From an uncultured Bordetella sp. (GTDB lineage Bacteria > Pseudomonadota > Gammaproteobacteria > Burkholderiales > JACQAP01), in assembly GCA_964402495.1 (NCBI GenBank), contig CAYODB010000001.1, forward strand, positions 687 to 58,038: 57,352 nucleotides of DNA. Direction: 5' to 3'. The translations under genes and the position numbers were made by a program. Each line of letters begins with the position of its first letter. The stretch's first letter is position 1. The notes under the pieces are model-generated. The model saw nothing but the letters and a program-made list of their open reading frames with translations. It did no database searches and had not been told where the DNA came from. Positions 1-8,729 of this stretch are shown piece after piece.

Positions 1-399
1 GTCCCACTGTGCTTCGACCGGGCCCGCCAGCCACTCGAATACATCCGCCGCCACGATGGTCGGCGCCCAGCCGAGAGCGCGAAAGTTTTCCATCGTTCGT
101 GCTTCAACTGCGCCCTGGCGATCGAGCAGCGTTACGGCAACATCGGACCAGCGTGCCGCACGCCGGTGCGCCAGACGCAGCATCAGCGATCCGTCGCCCG
201 CGCCAAGCTCGAGAATCGCGCGCGGGGATGATCGCGCGGCCGCGCGATCGAGCGCGCTCAGCAGGATCGACAGGGTGCCCATCGCGCGATGCAGGCGCCG
301 CAGATCGTTTCGGGAGCGCCGGGCCGCCGGATCGTCGGCAGCCAGCGCATCGAGCACCTCCGGCTGCACGCACCGCGGCAAAGACTGGTCGATGCGCAT
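1..399 (-). CDS. class I SAM-dependent methyltransferase (3' end cut by window edge)
   Basis: Own minus-strand translation from ATG at 399: MRIDQSLPRCVQPEVLDALAADDPAARRSRNDLRRLHRAMGTLSILLSALDRAAARSSPRAILELGAGDGSLMLRLA... ELGAGDG looks like the SAM-binding glycine loop. It starts 16 nt after the PKS stop, so it is co-operonic. Absent from the ORF track because it runs off the edge. Confidence 0.6.
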   Translation of the reverse strand, partial: MRIDQSLPRCVQPEVLDALAADDPAARRSRNDLRRLHRAMGTLSILLSALDRAAARSSPRAILELGAGDGSLMLRLAHRRAARWSDVAVTLLDRQGAVEARTMENFRALGWAPTIVAADVFEWLAGPVEAQWD

Positions 400-414
400 C
401 GGTCGAGCCAGTGG

Positions 415-1491
415 TCACGCTACCTTGAGCAACGCGCCGTGGCAACTGAACCCGGCACCGAAGGAGGACATCCACCACCATCCCGGCGCGGCATTGTCGC
501 GCAGTGCAGCTTGCAGCACGTAATAGACGAAGGCGCTGCTCATGTTGCCGAACTGGCGCAGCACGGCGGTGCTGTAGCGAAAATGACCCTCGGGTAGCTG
601 GAATTTTTTCTGCAAGGCACCGAGCACGTCCCGGCCGCCGGCATGCATGATCCAGGCGGCGATGTCGGCCGGCGCAAGGCCAGCCGTTTCCAACACGCGG
701 TCGAGGACCTGATGCGCATGCTCGGCCGCCAGCCGCGGGACCGGACGCGTCAGGACATTGCGCAGCATGCCGTCGCGGGTTTCGAATTGCAGCGCCTTGC
801 GCTCGCCGGGATTGGTCAGAGAACCGAATGCTTTCCATTCCATGCGCCGGCGATTGGAATCGGGACGCTGCGACAGTACAGCGGCACCCGCTCCGTCGCC
901 GAACAGGCAGGCGCTGATCAACACGCCGGGATCGTTATCGAGGTACATCGCGGCGCTGCTCACTTCCACGCACACTGCCAGCACATGACCGCAGGATCCG
1001 TCCGCCAGCAGCGCCGCCGCCACCCGCCAGTTGGGCAACGCTGCGGCACAGCCCTGCCCGACCAGATCGAATGCCAGCACATCGGATCGCAACCCCAGAC
1101 GTTCGATGACATGGCTGGTGAGGCCAGGACAGAGGTAACCGGTGCATGTGCTGACCACGACGCCATCGATCTCGTGCGCCTGCAGGCCGGCATCCTCGAG
1201 TGCTGCGCGCCCGGCATCGGCGGCCAATGCGGGCGCATGGACCAGAAACCGTTCGTGCAACACGTTGGGATTGATCTGGAAAACTTCGTTCAGTCCATCC
1301 AGCGCCAGAGTACGCGACTCGATGCCGTTGTCCCTGGTCAGCACTGTTTCTGCAATCAGGTGCGCACGGTGGTCCAGCTTGCGGAACCATTCGGAACTCT
1401 TGAACGCCTCCCAGCACTGCGCTTTGGTAAAGCGATGCGGCGGATTGGCAGTGCCTAGTCCATTGACGAACATCCGGGATCCTGTCTGCAT
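415..1491 (-). CDS. type III polyketide synthase (chalcone/stilbene synthase family)
   Basis: 358-aa ORF with a thiolase-fold type III PKS pattern: VVSTCTGYLCPG active-site Cys region, FGDGAGAAVL, WIMHAGGRDVL, GNMSSAFVYYVL, FGAGFSCHGALL. Confidence 0.9.
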   Translation of the reverse strand: MQTGSRMFVNGLGTANPPHRFTKAQCWEAFKSSEWFRKLDHRAHLIAETVLTRDNGIESRTLALDGLNEVFQINPNVLHERFLVHAPALAADAGRAALEDAGLQAHEIDGVVVSTCTGYLCPGLTSHVIERLGLRSDVLAFDLVGQGCAAALPNWRVAAALLADGSCGHVLAVCVEVSSAAMYLDNDPGVLISACLFGDGAGAAVLSQRPDSNRRRMEWKAFGSLTNPGERKALQFETRDGMLRNVLTRPVPRLAAEHAHQVLDRVLETAGLAPADIAAWIMHAGGRDVLGALQKKFQLPEGHFRYSTAVLRQFGNMSSAFVYYVLQAALRDNAAPGWWWMSSFGAGFSCHGALLKVA

Positions 1492-1612
1492 AACCGTCTT
1501 TGCATGGCAATCGCCGACGACCGCGTTACCGGCAAAACCGACCTATGCCGATCGTAACACGGGATGTTACGAGGTTAATTTCAATCGCGGCGCGACCCGC
1601 AAGGCACCAGGC

Positions 1613-1693
1613 ATGCGCATAGAGTTGATCTGGCTGACGGGCCGGCTGATGCGCGACTTCAAAACGATTGCCGGCTTCCGCTGGGACAATGGG
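1613..1693 (+). mobile_element. remnant of an IS1182/IS5-type transposase N-terminal (DUF772-like) region
   Basis: The tail of ORF 1142..1726 reads MRIELIWLTGRLMRDFKTIAGFRWDNG. This matches the conserved ELMWLxGRLxPDxKTIADFRKDNG motif of IS1182-family transposases as I recall it. It is short, with no intact gene around it. Confidence 0.45.
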
Positions 1694-1817
1694 TGGCGAT
1701 CCTTGGCCGAGAAGAAGCGGGAGTAGATCGTTCGGCAGTTTTCGCCCCCGGCCCGGGTTTGATAAATCGGGGGCGGTGACTCCTGGCCACCGCCCCCAAA
1801 CGTCTCGCCAGTTTACG

Positions 1818-2270
1818 TTACTTGGGAAGGATCACCCGGTCAATCACGTGGATCACACCGTTCGATGCGCCGACGTCCGCCGCAACGATGTTCGACTGGC
1901 GAGCGTTCTGGTCCGTGATTCGCAGCTTCTTGTCGATCGTGAGCGTTTCGCCCTGCAACGTCGGGACCGGCATGTCGAATGGAATCTGACTGGACAGCAC
2001 CTGGCCAGGAAGGACGTGATACGTCAGCACCTTTACGAGCAGTGGTGTGTTCGCGAGCAGTTGGGCCTGGGTAAGGTGAAGCTCCGACAGCAGCGCCGCG
2101 AAAGCCTCGTTTGTCGGGGCAAATACGGTGAAAGGTCCGGGACCCGAGAGGGCATTTGCCAGTCCTGCAGCCTGTACCGCAGCCACGAGGATACTGAAAT
2201 CCGGATTGCCTTGCGCCACCTGGACGATGTTCTGGTCCGTCGGCAGGACGACATTGTCTATCAGGTGCAC
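1818..2270 (-). CDS. fasciclin (FAS1) domain protein; intact C-terminal domain of a disrupted two-domain gene
   Basis: 150 aa with FAS1 hallmarks: [37 protein letters not shown] start and no signal peptide. The same frame stays open upstream and encodes the end of another FAS1 domain. Confidence 0.7.
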   Translation of the reverse strand: MHLIDNVVLPTDQNIVQVAQGNPDFSILVAAVQAAGLANALSGPGPFTVFAPTNEAFAALLSELHLTQAQLLANTPLLVKVLTYHVLPGQVLSSQIPFDMPVPTLQGETLTIDKKLRITDQNARQSNIVAADVGASNGVIHVIDRVILPK

Positions 2271-2617
2271 GACGCCATTGCGGGCATAGAGGTTCTTGAC
2301 AACGATTTTTGCCGTGCGACCACGCGCGTCGGTGATTGAGATCGTCCGCTTTTCGGACTGCTCGGAGACGCTGAACTTGAGGCGCTGTCTGTTGGCACGA
2401 GTACCGTGTGCGGCTGTGCTCCAGCCATCGCGGGCACTGCGCTCGAGGCGTTCACGACAGAGGCCATCTTCGTCGTGTTCGGCGATGTGTTGATGATCGT
2501 GGCAACCGTGCCTGACACCGGTGCCCCATCTGCGGTGGAATTGCCACCTCCCCCGCCGCAGGCGGAAACGAGCGCCACAGCAGCCAGGACGGTCAACGCT
2601 TTAATTGAACGGTACAT
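2261..2617 (-). pseudogene. N-terminal fragment (lipoprotein signal plus start of a FAS1 domain) of the disrupted tandem-fasciclin gene
   Basis: MYRSIKALTVLAAVALVSACGGGG is a signal peptide with a lipobox. It is followed by ...AQPHTVLVPTD, then out-of-frame junk. The 1818..2617 span is 800 nt, which is not a multiple of 3. Confidence 0.5.
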
Positions 2618-2770
2618 CGGTCTATCTCCTCATTTCGTTGAAAAAAAGGGCGATTAACGGTTTAATGAAACCAATGGGACATTTTTTGCTACTTTGGCGG
2701 TGAGCTGTCCCATGCCTAGCCTGATATTTAGCGTACACATCTTGAACTGAGTAGTATATATTTATTACTT

Positions 2771-3388
2771 ATGAGTCTATTTAGCCGTTTGTCTGTAAAG
2801 GAAAAGCAACAACAGGTGCGCGAGGATGCGCTGCTCGACGCCGCCCATTCCTTGCTCGCGAGCAAGGGGTACGAGCATATGACCGTGGACGATGTGGCAT
2901 CCGAGGCAGGGGTTGCCAAGGCCAGCGTCTACAAGCATTTCGTCTCGAAGGAGGCGTTGGCGGCGGCCGTTATGATTCGGCTGCTGGATCGCGCCCTGGA
3001 GTACATACGTGCCCTGCCGCCGGAGCAGCAGGCGCTCGACAAGCTCCAGTCTGTGCTGCGTTGGGCCCTGGAGCTGCGGCTGCACGGCGGCCTGCCCTTG
3101 CTGCCCTCCAGCAGCGAGGCGGTGCGTCAGGGACTGCTGTCGAACCGCCAGTACGTGACTCGCATCCTCGCATTGAATGAGGCCATGCTGCGGTTGGTCG
3201 ACGAGGCAAAGGCTGGTGGCCACATCTCGGCCGCGCTGCCCTCAGAGGTCATGCTTTTCAGCCTTTACGCGCGGACCTGCGACCCCAGCGTTGACTACAT
3301 AAAAATGACTGGCCATTACACCGACTCTGAAATCGTGAACTATCTGGTGACGATCGGCGTCACGGGATTAATAACCCCTCCAAAATAG
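2771..3388 (+). CDS. TetR/AcrR family transcriptional regulator
   Basis: N-terminal HTH: YEHMTVDDVASEAGVAKASVYKHFVSKEAL. 205 aa. AT-rich divergent promoter region upstream. Confidence 0.9.
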   Translation: MSLFSRLSVKEKQQQVREDALLDAAHSLLASKGYEHMTVDDVASEAGVAKASVYKHFVSKEALAAAVMIRLLDRALEYIRALPPEQQALDKLQSVLRWALELRLHGGLPLLPSSSEAVRQGLLSNRQYVTRILALNEAMLRLVDEAKAGGHISAALPSEVMLFSLYARTCDPSVDYIKMTGHYTDSEIVNYLVTIGVTGLITPPK

Positions 3389-3641
3389 CGTGCGCGAGCT
3401 AAAGATAAAGATCAGGAAGCCAGCTCCTCTTGGAGTCGCAAACGCGACGAGCAGAACGCCCCCCAAGAAAGGTGTTCAAGCGGGGGGCGCCAACAGCGAA
3501 TGGGAAAGCGGGATAGGGCCAAAGTTGGAATATCAGTGCGCCATCCCGCGGGCGACGATTGCCACAATCGGCAAGTAGCGCGCGACGGCGACGCCAGTGC
3601 TTGCCGGTTCCGGCAACAACACCGGCGTCGCCGCTGCGGGC

Positions 3642-4145
3642 TTACTTCGGTATCAGGACTGCATCAATTACGTGAATGACGCCATTTGAGGCCATGACGT
3701 CCGTCTTGATCACCTTCGCCTGATCAACCATCACACTGCCGCCGCTTACCGAGATCGTCAGAGCGCTGCCCTCGACGGTCTTCACTGCTCCGGGCTTGAC
3801 GTCCGCAGCGAGCACCTTCCCGGCGACGACGTGGTAGGTAAGAATCTTCGTTAGCATGGCCTTATCCGCCAGGATCGCGTCAAGCTTTTCCTTCGGAATC
3901 TTGGCAAACGCCTCGTCGGTCGGGGCAAAAACGGTAAACGGCCCCTTGCCTTTCAAAGTATCGACCAAGCCCGCCTGCTTCACTGCGGCGACCAGAGTAT
4001 TGAACGAACCCGCGGCCACCGCGGTGTCGACGATGTCCTTGCTCCCGGACATGGGGGCAGCGGGTTCACCCTTCATACCAGCACAACCGGACAGCGCCAG
4101 GAAAGTCAGTGCGACAAGGCTGCCGGCGAATGTAAATCTTTGCAT
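3642..4145 (-). CDS. fasciclin (FAS1) domain lipoprotein
   Basis: Start moved to [23 protein letters not shown] (signal plus lipobox) with a GGAG RBS just upstream. FAS1 motifs [34 protein letters not shown]. Confidence 0.85.
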   Translation of the reverse strand: MQRFTFAGSLVALTFLALSGCAGMKGEPAAPMSGSKDIVDTAVAAGSFNTLVAAVKQAGLVDTLKGKGPFTVFAPTDEAFAKIPKEKLDAILADKAMLTKILTYHVVAGKVLAADVKPGAVKTVEGSALTISVSGGSVMVDQAKVIKTDVMASNGVIHVIDAVLIPK

Positions 4146-4435
4146 TATTTCTCCTATCTCTCGATGTGATTCAATAGTATTGTCAGTCGCCGAATGACGT
4201 CGCTTGGCAGGCGGTGATGTTCTCGTAAATACCATCACGTTTGTACTGTATACTGCATAGTTCATGTTGTCTACTATATATTCCTCTTCGATATATCGGT
4301 CGGTAGCCGGAATGGGTTGGCAAGCCGCTGGTTGCGCAGGCCGTGCTTAAATCGAGGGGTCGAGCTTGGCCACCCTCTTTTTTATCGTCAAAAACGATAG
4401 TGTGAATCGCGCCGGCTTTCTTGGATCCTGAGCGG

Positions 4436-4576
4436 CACCTCTGGAGCAGATCGGGGAACAGATGGAAACAGGCACCGGATCAACAGATCTCGCAGACCGA
4501 TCCGGACGCCCGCTCCATGGCCACCAGTGGCCGGGGCACGGGGATTGTTGGCTACAACGTACAGACGGCAGTGGAC
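4436..4576 (+). mobile_element. remnant of an IS1182/IS5-type transposase (central DDE-region fragment, frameshifted and truncated)
   Basis: The start of ORF 4421..5491 reads QQISQTDPDARSMATSGRGTGIVGYNVQTAVD, the TDPDARxM...GYNxQxAVD motif typical of IS1182-family transposases. Similarity ends about 4576, and LEQIGEQME lies in another frame upstream. Confidence 0.5.
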
Positions 4577-4630
4577 GGCACCGCCCGATCCGCGTCTGTC
4601 GAAGCTGCCGCGGTGAAATTGTTGAGGAGT

Positions 4631-5533
4631 TCAGACAGCCCGATTGGCGCGCTCGGCGATCGCCAGCACGCGATACATCGAACGCACGACCGGCAACTCG
4701 ATCAACTCCCCATCCACAACGACCAGGCCGGTACTGTCCTGCTCGAACGCCGCGCAGACCTTGCGCGCCTTTTCGATGGTCTTCGCATCCGGCGTGAAAG
4801 CAGCATGGATGATCGAGATCTGGTTCGGATGGATCGAGGCCTTGCCGGTGAATCCCAGTTTCGCGCAACCCATAGCCTCCTTGCGCAAACCCTCCGGATC
4901 GTCGAGGCTCAGATAAGGCACATCCAGCAGATCGATGCCCGCAGAAGCGGCGGCATGCACCAGGCGCGACCGCGTGTAGAGCAACGGTTCCCAAGCCTTT
5001 TCGCAGCGCAGGTCGGCGGACATGTCCACCGCACCCAGTATCATGGAGTCTATGCGCTGCGACGATCTTGCAATCTCGACCGCCCGCTCCAGGCCCTGAT
5101 TGGTTTCGATGATCACGCAGAACCGGATTGTCCTTGCAGGTCCGGACGAAAGCAGCGTCTCGATCAACTGCACCTCCTCAGGGGACTTGATCTTGGGGAT
5201 CATGATCGCCGGCGGCGGCGCGTCGGACTCGATGATCGCCGTGAGATCCTTGAGTCCGTCCAGCGTGGACAGGCCGTTGATGCGCACCATCTGCTCGACA
5301 TGAGGATGGGTTTTGTTTTTGAACAAAGGCAAGGTCAGCGCCCTGCCCTCGTCCTTGCGGCTGCGCGCCACCGCATCTTCCATGTCTATGCAGACGATGT
5401 CGGCACCGGAATTCAGCGCCTTGGCGTACATGTCCGGCCGCAGGCCGGGAACGAACAGCAGGCTGCGGCGCGGACGAATGGCGTTATTTGATTGCATCAT
5501 GGATAACAGGCTGAAACGGATGAAAGACGGCAT
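4631..5533 (-). CDS. HpcH/HpaI aldolase / citrate lyase beta-subunit (CitE)-like lyase
   Basis: RSLLFVPGLRPDMYAKALNSGADIVCIDMEDAV, IETNQGLE and GFTGKASIHPNQI are CitE/malyl-CoA-lyase family motifs. Start at 5533 (GAGAGG RBS), alternatively 5500. Confidence 0.85.
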   Translation of the reverse strand: MPSFIRFSLLSMMQSNNAIRPRRSLLFVPGLRPDMYAKALNSGADIVCIDMEDAVARSRKDEGRALTLPLFKNKTHPHVEQMVRINGLSTLDGLKDLTAIIESDAPPPAIMIPKIKSPEEVQLIETLLSSGPARTIRFCVIIETNQGLERAVEIARSSQRIDSMILGAVDMSADLRCEKAWEPLLYTRSRLVHAAASAGIDLLDVPYLSLDDPEGLRKEAMGCAKLGFTGKASIHPNQISIIHAAFTPDAKTIEKARKVCAAFEQDSTGLVVVDGELIELPVVRSMYRVLAIAERANRAV

Positions 5534-5591
5534 GCTAGCCTCTCGTTGCTTTTTCGCCAAGCATTGGCGGCTGACGCAAGAACGGGTACAT

Positions 5592-5769
5592 CTCAACGCA
5601 GAGACGCAGAAGACGCAGAGAAATGTAGAGGAGGATGAACTTAACCAGGTCCGTGGTTCCGTGAAAATTGACCACCCGCCTCGCTGATACCCGATGGATG
5701 ATCAAATCTTCGATTTTCTCCGCGACCTCTTTTGCTCTTCCTCTGCGCACTTTGCGTCCCCGGCTTGAG
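5592..5769. repeat. inverted-repeat intergenic element, copy 1 (imperfect arms)
   Basis: Left arm ctcaacgcagagacgcagaagacgcagagaaatg (5592-5625). The right arm (5735-5769) reverse-complements to ctcaagccggggacgcaaagtgcgcagaggaagag. Same arm family as 16029-16200 and 17761-17803. Confidence 0.5.
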
Positions 5770-5771
5770 GT

Positions 5772-6362
5772 TTAGATGCGCACGACGGGTTGCCGGTCGC
5801 GAGTGGCAACGACCACGTAGCGCAGTGCGCCGCCTGGCACGGGACTGTCGAACGGAAAGCAGGTCACCAGCGTGATCCGGTCGTCGCCGGCATTGAGCAA
5901 CACGCGCATGTCCTTGCGATGGACAACTTCCTACGCAGCAACCAGGTAGCGTACGGTGCTGCCGTTCGCTGCCTGCACCAGCAGCGCATCGCCCTTGCGC
6001 AGTTCGCGCAGGAACGCGAAATGGGTATCGCGATGTCCGCTTACCACTGAGTTGCCCTGCCCGCCGGGCAAAGGCGTGCCATCGACATGGCCGGGGCCGA
6101 ACGCCAGCGTCCTGCCGCTGGCGCCCGACAACACCATCATCGATTCCCGCTGGCGCGGCGCCTCGATTCGCGCCACCGGATAAGTGTCGGCCCAGGGCCA
6201 GGGCTCCACCGGGGCCCCGGTGGAGCGCGCCTGATCCCAGGCCGATGCGATCAGGCGCTGTGCGAGCCAGGCCTTGGTGTAGATATAGGCAGCTTCGCCA
6301 GCCTGCCATGCAGAGACGGCAACCAGTCCGACTACGAGCATCGCCCTGACCCCCGCTTTCAT
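5772..6362 (-). pseudogene. class GN (proteobacterial dedicated) sortase interrupted by an in-frame TAG
   Basis: ORF 5931..6362 ends ...VRYLVAA at a TAG (5931-5933). The same frame continues EVVHRKDMRVLLNAGDDRITLVTCFPFDSPVPGGALRYVVVATRDRQPVVRI to a TAA at 5772. The catalytic His (VVSGHRDTHF) is upstream of the stop; the Cys (TLVTC, 5859-5861) and Arg (LRYVV) are downstream. Confidence 0.8.
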
Positions 6363-8536
6363 GAAACTCTCCGCACCCTGCAGAGCATGAAGCCCAGAGC
6401 CGCGGCGAGCATGGCCAGGATCAGGTGCAGCGCAGCCGGTGTGGCCGTCTTGGGCAGCGAGCCGAAATACCCGGCATGGCTGCCGCCGTCCGGCAGGTTG
6501 GCCGGCACCGACTGGGTATCGAGGTCTTCGCCTTCGGGACGCACCGGCGTGACATCCACCGCGACCAGGCTGGTGTAGCGCGTCACGATGTGATGCTTCA
6601 GGGCAATCTCGACGACTTGCTGGCGCACCTCTTCGCGGTCCGCGCCTTCGTTGATGGAATCCATGAGCGCATCGACCTTCCGCCGCGCCCAGATCACGCC
6701 CATACCTTTGCCGTCATGGGTAGCCGAAAGATCGAATTCGGCCACCCAGGATTCCCCGCCGGCCTGGCCGCGCACGCTCACCTTGCCCGTCAGCGGGCCT
6801 TGCACGAGTGCGCTCAGGACGATCGGCTCACCCAAATATAAATCGGGAAGCTTCTCGGGCGAGCTTTGCGCATTGAGGTCGGCGGGCCACTCGACGGCGA
6901 TGTCCGAGAGTACCGGATGCTCGAGCTTGCCGAACAGCTCGGCCATTTTTTCGCCGACTTCGCCGACGTCGCCGATGTAGGTGAAGCTGCCGCGGCCCAG
7001 TTGCGCAGCCTTGGTCATGAAATGGCCATTGGGCGCGGAACCGATGCCGACGGTGAACAGCCGGCTGCGGCCCAGCTTGCGCTGGATGAGCTTGAACAAC
7101 TGGTCCTCGTTGCCGATGCTGCCGTCAGTCATGAAAATGACCTGGCGCAGGGTGCCCTCCTTCGCCGGCGATTCGAGCGCGGCCTGCATGGCAGGAACCA
7201 TTTCCGTACCGCCGGTCGCCCGCAGCTTGTCGACGTAGCGGCGTGCAGCCACGAGATTTTTGACGCCGGCTTCGCGCGAGGACGGGAACAGCAGCTCGGT
7301 CGACGAATTGAACTGGATGACGTTGAAGCGGTCTTCCGGCGCGAGCTGGCCGAGCGCCATGCGCAGCGCCGACTTGGCCTGGACGATCGACGTCCCTTCC
7401 ATTGAGCCGGAGGTATCGATCACGTAAATGACTTCGCGCGGCAGCCGCTTTTCATCAGCTTTCACGCCAAACGGCGGAAACAGGGTCAGCAGCAAATGGG
7501 ATTCGCCGGCAGCGGACTCGAGGAACAACGCGCCGCGCGGTTGCGCGCCGGGCAGCGGATTCCACACCAATTCGAAATCCCGGTCGGCGGAGAACGGACC
7601 GACCGCCAGCGACACTTCATAACGATTGTCGCCCCGCTTCTCCACCTTCACCGCGTGATAACGGCTCTTGACTTCATTTACCGGGAAACCCGCATCGAGC
7701 TCGACATGGATGCTGACGGGATTGCGCAGGGGCTCGCCTTCGGCCAGCACCTTCGGGGTAATACGTGAGGCGTCCTTGACCTTGTCCGTATCGGGCGACC
7801 AGCCGTGGCCGGACGGCTTGCCTTCCGACTGCGGCGAGCCGGGGATATAGCGCGGCGCGACGACGGTGGGAAAGCGCAGGCTGACGGAACCGTCCTGGTA
7901 ACGCAGGGTCTGCTGGTATTCGATCTCGACGGTGAGGGTCTGGCCCGGTCCGAGGTTGGCCACGCTGCTGGTGAAAATGTTCGGCCGTTCCTGTTCGATC
8001 AGGGAAGCCAGGCTGCCGCGTTCGCGCGCCGCTTCGTACTCGGCGCGCGCCTGGGCGCGCTCGCGGATCTGGCCTTCGATGAGGTGGTCGCCGACATGCA
8101 TCTGCAGGCGGTCCACCGCGGCATTCTCCGGAAGCGGGAATACATAGATGCCTTCGACCCAGTCCGGGGAGTCGTTGCGGAACCGCTGCGAAACCACCGC
8201 GCGCGCCACGGTGCCGCTTACGGTGAACTTCACGTCAGTGGACAGCACCGGGGAGCGCACGTACTCGCCGCCCGGGCGCGCCCGCATCAGGAAACTGCCG
8301 CTGGTGTGGTCGCCGGGACGATCCGAAGGCGATCCGTGAGCGCTCCCCGCCTCCGGCGCGGAGGAAGCTTCGGCCGGCGGCGCCACCAGGGTCAGGCCCA
8401 GGATGGTCAGCGCCAGCAGGATGGCGAATCCGGTGCCGGCTAAGGCCGCGGTCACCACAAACCGGACGACGTCGCGGGCCATCGAGAACCCTGACGCCTC
8501 CGCCCCGATCAAACTGCTATTCCAGAACATTTTCAT
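6359..8536 (-). CDS. sortase target protein with VIT and von Willebrand factor A domains
   Basis: Start at MKMFWNS (GGAGGA RBS). N-terminal TM/signal segment. VIYVIDTSGSM is a vWA MIDAS motif. The C-terminus GSLPKTATPAALHLILAMLAAALGFMLCRVRRVS is an LPxTG-like signal plus TM plus basic tail. Its stop overlaps the sortase ATG (ATGA). Confidence 0.9.
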   Translation of the reverse strand: MKMFWNSSLIGAEASGFSMARDVVRFVVTAALAGTGFAILLALTILGLTLVAPPAEASSAPEAGSAHGSPSDRPGDHTSGSFLMRARPGGEYVRSPVLSTDVKFTVSGTVARAVVSQRFRNDSPDWVEGIYVFPLPENAAVDRLQMHVGDHLIEGQIRERAQARAEYEAARERGSLASLIEQERPNIFTSSVANLGPGQTLTVEIEYQQTLRYQDGSVSLRFPTVVAPRYIPGSPQSEGKPSGHGWSPDTDKVKDASRITPKVLAEGEPLRNPVSIHVELDAGFPVNEVKSRYHAVKVEKRGDNRYEVSLAVGPFSADRDFELVWNPLPGAQPRGALFLESAAGESHLLLTLFPPFGVKADEKRLPREVIYVIDTSGSMEGTSIVQAKSALRMALGQLAPEDRFNVIQFNSSTELLFPSSREAGVKNLVAARRYVDKLRATGGTEMVPAMQAALESPAKEGTLRQVIFMTDGSIGNEDQLFKLIQRKLGRSRLFTVGIGSAPNGHFMTKAAQLGRGSFTYIGDVGEVGEKMAELFGKLEHPVLSDIAVEWPADLNAQSSPEKLPDLYLGEPIVLSALVQGPLTGKVSVRGQAGGESWVAEFDLSATHDGKGMGVIWARRKVDALMDSINEGADREEVRQQVVEIALKHHIVTRYTSLVAVDVTPVRPEGEDLDTQSVPANLPDGGSHAGYFGSLPKTATPAALHLILAMLAAALGFMLCRVRRVS

Positions 8537-8729
8537 GACTTCCTCCACGAGAGCTCTGTGCGGGCTGCACGGAGGCCATTGAAGCCGCCATGCAGGGCGA
8601 AAGCGGGCCGAAGAAAGGGAAATGCGCGGGCAAAAAGTGGCGGAAAAATGGCTTTTCCCACCGGGGCGCGCGCCATCACAGTGCTCGGGTATAGTGCTTC
8701 GCGACACTCAGCAGGCAGGTGGAGAAGGC

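Noticed and set aside
3585-3641. Long nested hairpin (ggcgacgccagtg...caccggcgtcgcc) downstream of the second fasciclin gene, as a terminator.
   Set aside because: The stem is convincing, but no U-run follows it on the minus strand, so it was not listed as a rho-independent terminator. It could still be a REP-like or processing structure.
2640-4300. Shared AT-rich TATATA-centred sequences (about 2752 and about 4270) as a common TetR operator for the two fasciclin promoters.
   Set aside because: The GTAG/CTAC half-sites lie on different sides of the TATATA core in the two regions, and neither forms a proper palindrome. These are more likely just -10-like AT-rich promoter sequence.
4347-5491. 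ORFs 4347..4994(-) and 4421..5491(+) as genes.
   Set aside because: Only the first ~50 codons of 4421..5491 are meaningful, as a transposase relic. The rest is antisense to the CitE-like gene. 4347..4994 has no features.
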